Of a stretch of DNA of 64,000 bases, positions 55,686 through 64,000 are shown piece after piece; positions within the stretch are counted from its first letter, which is position 1; each line of letters starts with the position of its first letter. The stretch lies in the NCBI GenBank assembly GCA_013115145.1, contig JAAPAO010000025.1, positions 1-64,000 of the forward strand. The letters run 5' to 3'. The notes under the pieces are model-generated. The model was not told where the DNA came from. It saw nothing but the letters and a program-made list of their open reading frames with translations, and did no database searches. Made by a program: the position numbers and the translations under genes. This DNA is from Perkinsus chesapeaki ATCC PRA-425 (lineage: Eukaryota > Protista > Perkinsozoa).

Positions 55686-57560
55686 CGTACACTGAAAACT
55701 CGTACATCTTCGACTCTGAGTCGACGACTCATGTCTCCAATACTCGTACACTTACAGCCCGTACACCGAAAAGCCGTACACTTTCAACTCGTGCACTAAA
55801 TACTCATATAGCGAACACTCATACACATAATACTCATGCATCGAATACTCGTACACATAATAACAGTATACTTTAAACTCGCTTACAAAATAATCGTACA
55901 CCTTTAAGTGGTACACCGAAAACCCGTACACTTTCACTTCGTTCACACTCCCACTGATCTGGCAGATCGGATCTGCCGACTTTGCCAGCATTCAACAATC
56001 GAACGCGGCATATAAAATAGTATTCGAGGTATGCCACTCCGGAATAGAAATTAGACATCGGGGCGATGTCGAATCATCCATCGATGTCTCTGCCGATATC
56101 ATCACAATGCCGATCCGGCATACCGGGCGCAAAAGAGTGGCACAGCCCAAACCACGTAACGTGTTGAACCTGAAATCGATGTTGGAATGAATGATTTAGT
56201 TTATTTTCCCTGAGGTTTGAACTCACGGCCATTCGTGAAGTAGCAGTGCTACTGTAGCACCACATTCTCACACCGCCACCATGACAGCCATAAAACTTCA
56301 CTGCTAGGAAACCTAAGATGGGGGTTGCATGGCTGCGGAGTATACGAGTTCTCGTTGTGCCCGAATTGACGGTGTACGGGTTCTCGGTATTCGGATTTTT
56401 GGTGTACGAATTTTATGTGTCCGATTGTTATGTGTACGGGTTTTGTGTGTACGGGTTTTATGTGTATGAGTTTGGGGTGTACGAATTGACGATGTACGGA
56501 TCCGAGGGGTGTACGGATATTCAGTGTACGAATGGTGAACGAAGTGAAATTGTACGAGTTCTCGCAACGTATGTCGTTTCGTAAGCTGTACGATTCTTAG
56601 CCGAGTTTTATCTGACCGGTGACGGGTCTGCTAAAGGTGACAGGTCTGCCGTCACCTTAGCTCCTTGGCGTGACCCGTCAGGGGGCAAGTCGCTTCACCC
56701 CACCCACCCCCAACTTGGACTGCGGGAGAGCTTCTCGCTAGCAAGAAAGGACCCCTTGCTGAAGGCCAGAAGCTACACGCTCCGGATCGCTGCGCGCCAT
56801 CACGGTGATGGCATCGCCTGCGAGGTACACTCAGTGTACTACACTGCCGGCGCGTCTCTACCTCCCATTTCCCGCAGTCGAAGGTTTCATTCTAACCGCT
56901 CATGAACATGGGGGTGTATAACGATTGGTGCACTGTGAAGTATCGGGGGTAGCCAGAATAGAACTGTAAAAGGGCTAGGTTGTCAAAGGGGTGGTTCTCG
57001 ATGTTCAAGAGTCCTAGTCGGCGTCTGATCCCAATACTTGGGGAGCTCAAAGTCTGCTGGTGTAGAAAAGTCGATCGAATGGGCAATATAACCAACGAAG
57101 GAGGGAATCCCACGATGGTAATCGAATCAAAGAAATAACCTTGAGCCAAGATGGCTACGGTATCACAATCTCAATGACTCACAATCACAGATCAATCGTT
57201 CAATTAGTAATACTAAGCTTCAACCCCCCAAAAAAATGAAACGGCTGGCACGCATACACATCACTGCGCGCGCGTCTCTCATCAACAAGCTAATACAGAT
57301 AAGCCTCTCCAAACGGCGGTTCTTCACAGCACATAAATTACGTACACATGAAACTCGTACACGGAATTCTTGGCCTTCAACTATTGTAGTACACCAAATT
57401 CCCGTACACTCAAATCTCTGTCGACGAAATGTGATACACCAAAAATAGGTCCAGGGCCAAGTAGTACACAAAAATCTCGTTCATGAGTGTCGTACACGAA
57501 GATTTGGTTCAGTTTGATTTCGTACTCCTCGAACTCGTACACCCGATGGCTCGTACACTC
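55686..57560. repeat. Three arrays of a CGTACAC core with ~15-bp periodicity: + (55686-55931), - (56375-56590), + (57341-57560)
   Basis: e.g. GTGTACGGGTTTTGT GTGTACGGGTTTTAT GTGTATGAGTTTGGG GTGTACGAATTGACG; the period appears as 5-aa RTHKT/VYGFC repeats in the ORF track. Confidence 0.85.
57141..57162 (-). ncRNA. Perfect 22-nt Perkinsus spliced-leader sequence
   Basis: ACCGTAGCCATCTTGGCTCAAG on the minus strand, followed by GTTATTTCTTTGATTCGATTACC-ATC. Confidence 0.85.
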
Positions 57561-59665
57561 ATGTGAAGTTATTTCAGTTCAGTAGGGACTCCCTACTAGG
57601 GAGATCACTACAGTAGTTTGTTAATCCAGAGGTTTAGCGTTCAATTCCCAGAGGCGGCATAACCGGCAATCTTTGTCTAATAGACAATGTCTATCCGGCG
57701 GAGGGATTTGCAATTTTCGGGGGATCAATATTGAGTCAATGCGACATTGAATTGCGTAACAGCTCTACTAGAAGTTCTACTCGAGAACTGCATGCGTGCA
57801 CTGAGTGCACTGCACTCTCCTCCCCGTAGGTTTCAACTATCGCTACGTTGCACTGCGCTTACAAAAAATTCGCAGTGTGGTAATGCATGAACTATTAATG
57901 AAGAGCATGCGAAGATGTGCGCTCTACTGATGATTGCTTGCTTGATTTGAAAAGCACGTGTGCTGAGAGGTACTACGTGGACGTAAAGACGTGTTCGAGC
58001 CGGAGTCAGTTCCTTGTCCTGTCCCATTGTGTTATAGTCACGCAATGCTAGTGCAAGTCAGTCTAGCAAGTCACGGGGTAATTACGTTCAGTGGCTAGCT
58101 GGTCCATTGTTATTTCACCCATTCCCTAACTGCTACGCTAATGCGACTCTTAAGAGTACTGACGTGGCTCTAACGGTTAGAGTCTAACCTGCCTCTGAAA
58201 CTGCAGCCACGCGTCAAAGTTATGATTCCCCCGGGGAATCCATATGCTTATCAGTCATTAGTAATCACTTCTCTCATAGTTGTTTTTATTTCCCTTGCCC
58301 TACATGTGTTGGGAGCCGTTAGTGACTTCTTGCTCAATGTCGTCGATGCTTCTTATTAAGAAGTTCTTAAGGAATTGCTCATAACACTTTATAGAATAAC
58401 GCAACCAAGGATAATAGTGATTAATACCAATAAATAATAATACCCACCTAGCCTTCGGTATTGTAATAGAGGGGGTGCTACTAACTTATAGTTGGATATA
58501 CGTAACGTATAATACGTGAAACACGTAAAATACTCATATATTAACTTTATTATAGAGTTCACTTATGATATGTGACTTATCTCAGATCAATGCTAGAGCT
58601 AGCTTGCACAGCTTTATCAAAAGCGCACGCCCAAAAATACATTTGTGCGCTCGCAACACATGTTCGATCCAGCTCATATCTTGTTGGAATTGAGTCAATT
58701 CAATTGACCCAAGAGCCTCAAGTCATCGGCATCCTTGAAGGATGATCCTTCCCACGTTCGTCAAAAACACTCAGTGAAAGAAGATCGAACTTGGTCGAAG
58801 CGTATTATCACACGCTTAACGATTTGGGTTAGTATACGTCTTCCCGGGTTCTACCAACTCGCTTTAGTTATCTCTGACCAATATGATGAATATGACCGAT
58901 TATTTCACGGACTGGGATGTGGGGACAATCATCGAAAACCCACTACCAACCGTAAAGAGTGTGAACTAACACTTCAGCGAACCTGTACGGCTAATTACCC
59001 ACAATATTGTGGAACTGCTTGACACCCCTCCCCCAACTCTCTACCTGATTATCAATACACGTATCACTTATCTTAGAACCTGCAGCTCTGTCCTAACCAG
59101 AGCTGAGAACGTCCCGCGTCAGCAAGGGACGCCTACGATGAGGTTCACCCTGCAACAGCCTGTTGCCAACAGGCTCCAACAGCTCTTCTGCAGCCGCATC
59201 TTTCTGATGTTTTAACATGTGTGAGCTTTGTTAAGTTACGTGTACTGCGGTATCGTCATGGTTGCTAAAGTTGTATCATACTATGAACTATGCTTTGCTA
59301 TGAACTGTTCAATGAACAGTGTTCATACTGTGCTCTACCATAGTTGAGTTGAAGCGGGACTTATACGGTGGATGAAATGGTACCATTTCATCCAACGTAT
59401 AAGTAACTAGACGAGCACCTATGAAACGCTTTTCTCTTCTAAAACGACAGCAAAACTGCCAAGCTGGGCGAATTAACGATGGATGAAACAATGATGGATC
59501 AACAGAGAAGAGAAAGTGATACCACTGGACCAGCTGGCCACTGGACGTAATTATACTAGATCAGATGAGATACACCCAGCAAGTCAGACTAGCTAGTGAG
59601 TGTGTGCTTCAACTGTAAGTTGAATGCAGGTCAACTAGCTGTATTTGCTCCTTATACATCGTGTA

Positions 59666-59678
59666 ATCTTGGCTCAAG
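59666..59678 (+). other. Partial SL relic upstream of a gag-like ORF
   Basis: ATCTTGGCTCAAG, a 13-nt exact match to the SL 3' end, ~90 nt before ORF 59770. Confidence 0.5.
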
Positions 59679-59769
59679 TCGAGGCATCGTAACTGTTTTT
59701 TTCTACTTCTGGTTTCTTCTGGCACATTTTCTGCGGTCGAATATTGACTAGATATCTATATTTATACTC

Positions 59770-60706
59770 ATGATACTACTGTTGTATGTATATATATACA
59801 TTCCAGGAGACCCACCATTGGATATAGTCGGTCCTGGATCAGTTGCAAGCTCATTTATGGCTCCCGGTATTTCAGCTCTCGACTTGGAGAGAATTCGTGA
59901 TGCGTCTTTCAAGCGTGCCAAAGATATTCAGTTACCTGTTGGTGGTGCTTTCAAAGGTCATTCTGATAGCAGGTCAGTTGATATGTTTCTGCAAGAAGTG
60001 AGGCGTACTCCTGGTTGGCCAGTTAGTGTCATGCCCGAGTTGTTTCAGCCGTATTATTTGGAACTCCCGCTTGATACTTCAGTACGAGGTGTTATTATGG
60101 GTATGGTTGAGACTAACCTTAAGGACTGTGGTCTTGATGGTTATGAGGCTCTCCGAGCCAGAGTGAAGGCTATTGAGGTTGCACTACGTACCCGATTTGA
60201 CTCTATTAACTCCCATCGCATCTTGGCTGATAAGTGGGAGAGTATGAAATGGGATACTACTAGTATCCCATTTCATACTCTCCCACTAGTATCATACTAG
60301 TGAAGACTTTGCTGAGTTTTATCTACGGTTTCAACAAGTCCGTGACTCTTATTCACGGCAGCGTGGTCAGGAGCTCCAAAATGCTGATGTGGTTGAGAGA
60401 CTCTTTGGAGCGTTACCTAAGGACTATGGTGATCGCCTTATTAGACAACATGGTGTTAATCCCGATGAAAACAAAATATTAGAGTTTTGTCGCCGTGAAA
60501 ATATGGTACTTGTACGCAATCGCATTTCTAAAGGTGGTTCGTCTCACAGCAATTTGCGGTCAAATGTCCACTCCGTTACCGAAGAAGATGGCCTAGTAGA
60601 GCGCACTGATGGTTTCTTTGTTATGCCTGTTGAACAAGCCACATCTCCTACCCAAACTAATAATCGTTTATTTGTATCTAATTTGGCCTGCCTAATTTGT
60701 ATCTAA
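59770..60706 (+). pseudogene. Gag-like retrotransposon ORF, frameshifted
   Basis: FKGHSDSRSVDMFLQEV...EALRARVKAIEVALRTRFDS...LADKWESMKW, continuing in another frame as VERLFGALPKDYGDRL. Capsid-like helical pattern next to integrase fragments. Confidence 0.5.
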
Positions 60707-60781
60707 TACATACCGTATGTCGGTGACATGATGTCGCTCCTTCAATAATAAGTGTAATGATGAGCTCCCATATTACTGTAA

Positions 60782-61276
60782 GTGTTGAGTAACCCGACGA
60801 CGCCGGCTTATTTAACACCTTCGAGCCGACGCTCACTATATCGGCGACTCGCCGATGAGTGGAACGCCATTGTGGTAGCTGCTCCTCCAAGAGGAGAAGA
60901 ACTCCGTGGATGGGGAGAACGTGCTCACCGAGATGTCCATGCTGTCTTACGAGGTTGCCTTTGGGATCTATCGGCAGAGCGAAGATTACCTAATGAAGAT
61001 GAGTTCCTTCGACTGGTCAGTAGAGCTGTGACTATTGTCAATATGCCGCCTTATATTAATGGCTCTCCACGTGGTCCTCTCTTAGTATGTAGAGGACACA
61101 ATCGTATGATTGGTGACCTGAATGCTAGGGCGGAGGTCGAAGATATTAGAAAGGCTATATTGGATGGCCTGGAACCTTGGTGGACTGAAGAGTTGGCCAA
61201 ACATTATCGAGGACAAACTGATGAAGGACATATGGATGCTTTGAAGGAGCTTGCTCTGCCGTTCCTTTGGTCATAG
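60782..61276 (+). pseudogene. Retrotransposon integrase core fragment
   Basis: WGERAHRDVHAVLRGCL...LVSRAVTIVNMPP resembles the post-catalytic-Glu helices (ER.HR.L...A....N..P). Confidence 0.45.
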
Positions 61277-61502
61277 CGCAACCAAGGATAGGTAAACCAA
61301 AAAGTTATATATAGTTTCTAAATGACTCTGTTACGATCATGAGTATCCGAAACGGTTGCAGTTTCATACACTGTTTCAGATGAGGGCGATCGCTGAATGC
61401 ACTTCGCTTCGGTCATGTGAATGACACACTCCCGGGGACAGAAATCTTATGAATTAATAATAAAAAAATATACGTGAAATTGCACACACAAAAAACACGC
61501 TC

Positions 61503-62700
61503 TCAGTCATCACAATCATATAGGTCAGGGTTGTCTCCTACAAAGTTGATGATGAAGTTCTTAATGGATCTGGTCATCCGCAAAGGGGCCTCGTAGTGGG
61601 CGTCGACGTCACACATATACTGGGAATCGACGTGGTCATTTAGGATTTCAGTAGATCCATCGAAGTGAACTCTCCTCAGACTCATCCTTCTCAACTCGGC
61701 GTCGTAGTGGCCAAAGGCACGATGTTCATGTCCTTGACTGTCAATCCATCGGAAACAATAGAAGTCACCGTCTTTCAAATCTAATGTCGTGCCATCTTCG
61801 GAGGTAGTCGATTTAGAGGTTGATGACTCGACAGTCACCATGTCGCTGGCATGATACTGCTTAAGATTGAAATAGCACTCCTGGAACTTGAGCTCAGTGC
61901 CGGTCTCGATCTCTTGTAAGCGGTATAGCATTTTGTCCTTGGTAACGGCGACGACTCTGTAAGGGCCCTTCCATGACACATCTTGCTTGAGGGGAGGAGG
62001 TACAAGACGAAGGACGAGTGATCCGACATCAAAGGTCTTGAAACCGGGTTGATGAGGAAGCTTGGAAGCTCTAGCTCGGATTCTATCCTTCGCTTCTTCC
62101 AATAGTGTGAAGAAGTCGAGTAAGCTTCGAGTACGGCGTTCTCGTAACTCATCATAGATGTTCTTCAAGGTAGTGGGCATTGGCGGTGGCTGACCTTCCA
62201 TGATACTCGGAATCCATACCTCAAGCTTAGATCGAGACCAATCTTCTAGGTCCTCCGCAGGGGCGAGTAGTCGGGGTCGACAACAGTAAAAGAGTTGAAA
62301 GGCTGACAAAGTGCCCAGGTCATGACGAGGTGAGCAGTTTATAGCATACACAGCTTCCGCGATTATGTCTACTAGGAGACGTGGTTGGCCTTGTTCTTGT
62401 AGTAAACGATGACGTAGTTGGCTCAGTAGAACTCCATGCCCTCTTTCGTAGACCGCGGCGATGAACTTGGACTGCCGGGGAAAGACCGTAAATGCGATTG
62501 ATCTCGTCACTCAAAAACCTTCGACAGCGCGACTGGTCATGGCTGATCCAGCATCAACAGTGATGCACGCCGGGTCGCCTACGATGGAGAATAACTGGGC
62601 CAGAGAATAGCTTATAGAGGTGGCTGTAGGGGACGTCGTGGTGTGACACCACTGGTGTCGTACAGTAAGAAGCCGGATACAGGATGTTTGGTGGATGAGA
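61503..62700 (-). pseudogene. Gypsy-type integrase core and C-terminus with one in-frame stop at 62511-62513
   Basis: FSIVGDPACITVDAGSAM, YERGHGVL, AVYAINCSP, SAFQLFY, FDVGSLVL, VSWKGPYRV (GPY module). Confidence 0.8.
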
Positions 62701-62946
62701 AGACGTGATGTTAGAAGCAAACTTCTGAGCCGTGTTCAGCGACATGCGAATAGAGATTTGAAGGAAGGATCGAAAGTTTACCGTTGGCGACCTACACTTG
62801 GCAAGTTTGGAAAGCTGAATAGTGGCTGGTATCCTGCTATCTTGGTGAAACGGCTAAGTGATAGTGTCTGTAAGATCCGCCTACCTGATGGAAAAGAGGC
62901 GACTGAGAGCGTGTTGAACATTAGGCCGGCGGGAATGTGCCGGTAA
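62695..62946 (+). pseudogene. C-terminal fragment of another integrase
   Basis: RDLKEGSKVYRWRP...KLNSGWYPAILVKRLSDSVCKIRLPDG (GPY/SH3-like tail). Confidence 0.55.
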
Positions 62947-63486
62947 CGGCATTCATGTTATTATCGTGCACCACAATTTCTCTCTGTGCTGACGTTATTT
63001 CTGTCCCCAATTTTGTGCTGTTTTTCCGCGCCATTTGTTTCCCACAATTATGTGCTAGATTCCTAGCGTCCAGCTAGTGGACTCGGTCCATAACTCATAA
63101 ACAACGTATAAGTCTTCTAAGCTTTCTACGGTATCGACCTCATCACCTACGAACCATTTGTATCCTCAGACGGAACAAGTTTTTGAGTTATTATTGCAAT
63201 AATCCGTCATATGTACTATAATGTGCAGCACACTGTGTGGCGGTGCTCCGCTATCGGCACCAACTGCAGAAAAGCCAGATGATTAACCCATGAATGTATT
63301 AAATGTTGTGTTACAAGGATCGGCTCGCGGATGCGATGATACTGTAATGTAATGCAAACTGATATTTACCACCCAACAAATGGTTGTGTCAAACCGTAAA
63401 AGTGGCAAGTGTCAAAGCCACCCTAAGGAACCGCAGGTTGATAAAGCGACCTTACTGGCTCGGGGCCAGTGGCTGAGTTATTGACC

Positions 63487-64000
63487 TTAAGTTCCATACG
63501 AGTATGCTTGGCGAAGGACTATTATAAGAGCTATGACATAAATCATACCGAAGTAGAATATGGTAGGGGAGTCCCAAAGTAACCTAGCTTCAACGGTGAG
63601 CTCAAACAGATACCTACCACATACGACTTGCTTCATCCATATATACATGAAACTGAAACTAATAATAGACACCTTTATGAGGGCTTGCGATACATTCTTA
63701 TAATGTCCCAAGACAGTCAATTTGTGAGCCACGAGTAAGAGAACAGGCGTCTGGCAACATAGTAAGATTCGGGAGACAATCGACGCCTGCGATGAGTATA
63801 GAGCAAAGAAGGGTTTGCTCATTACCGGTGCCGGCGAGCCTATGACGCACATGGGCATCGATGTCCCGTCAAGACCATAAAAGGCTGATAATAGTGCACC
63901 TTCAATAATATAAGGAATAAATGGTACGGAAAGCATGCGGAGGGTCGCCTTGGAGAAAAGCCAAGTTGGGTTATGGCCTAATTCATCATCACCGAGGCAT
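63487..64000 (-). CDS. C-terminal part of a paralog of the TIR-domain membrane protein; runs off the window
   Basis: Frame is open to the edge: DDELGHNPTWLFSKATLRMLSVPFIPY aligns with EEEHERSLAWFLSQSSRRIMSAPFVPA of ORF 20819; TM-rich and intronless. Confidence 0.65.
   Translation of the reverse strand, partial: CLGDDELGHNPTWLFSKATLRMLSVPFIPYIIEGALLSAFYGLDGTSMPMCVIGSPAPVMSKPFFALYSSQASIVSRILLCCQTPVLLLVAHKLTVLGHYKNVSQALIKVSIISFSFMYIWMKQVVCGRYLFELTVEARLLWDSPTIFYFGMIYVIALIIVLRQAYSYGT

Noticed and set aside
55490-56584. ORFs with RTHKT / VYGFC repeats
   Set aside because: Translation by-products of the 15-bp DNA arrays; open on both strands without protein-like context.
57606-58053. CACTA...TAGTG element ends
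   Set aside because: Termini match for only 5 bp and no 3-bp TSD is seen.

Overview
Intron-rich eukaryotic DNA, almost certainly from a Perkinsus species (alveolate). Two full 22-nt spliced-leader copies (1301-1322 +, 57141-57162 -) carry the Perkinsus-type CCGTAGCCATCTTGGCTCAAG core, and genes are split by short GT-AG introns, so the ORF track captures only fragments. I assembled exons by eye. Minus-strand genes: an ABCD/YddA-type ABC transporter, a docking-domain plus tandem-GAF protein, Nop10, two hypothetical genes, MCM-binding protein, a Mei2-like RRM protein, a multi-KH protein and a NOPCHAP1-like protein. Plus-strand genes: two secreted lineage-specific proteins, an intronless TIR-domain membrane protein (a paralog runs off the right edge on the minus strand), a coiled-coil gene and a small membrane protein. 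Mobile DNA: a young Gypsy-type LTR element whose 5' LTR is half inverted and lacks gag, several MITE-like elements, a Harbinger remnant and a patchwork of retroelement fragments. Most striking: (1) both intact tRNA genes and eight degenerate tRNA remnants sit in spliceosomal introns; six remnants are in sense orientation with the T-arm just upstream of the 3' splice site, and one intron is essentially a tRNA acceptor/T-arm minihelix. (2) Perfect palindromes with a single-nucleotide spacer are strongly over-represented in the TE-rich intergenic DNA, often chained as X-n-X'-n-X. All exon boundaries and family assignments come from manual reading and remembered motifs, not from searches.
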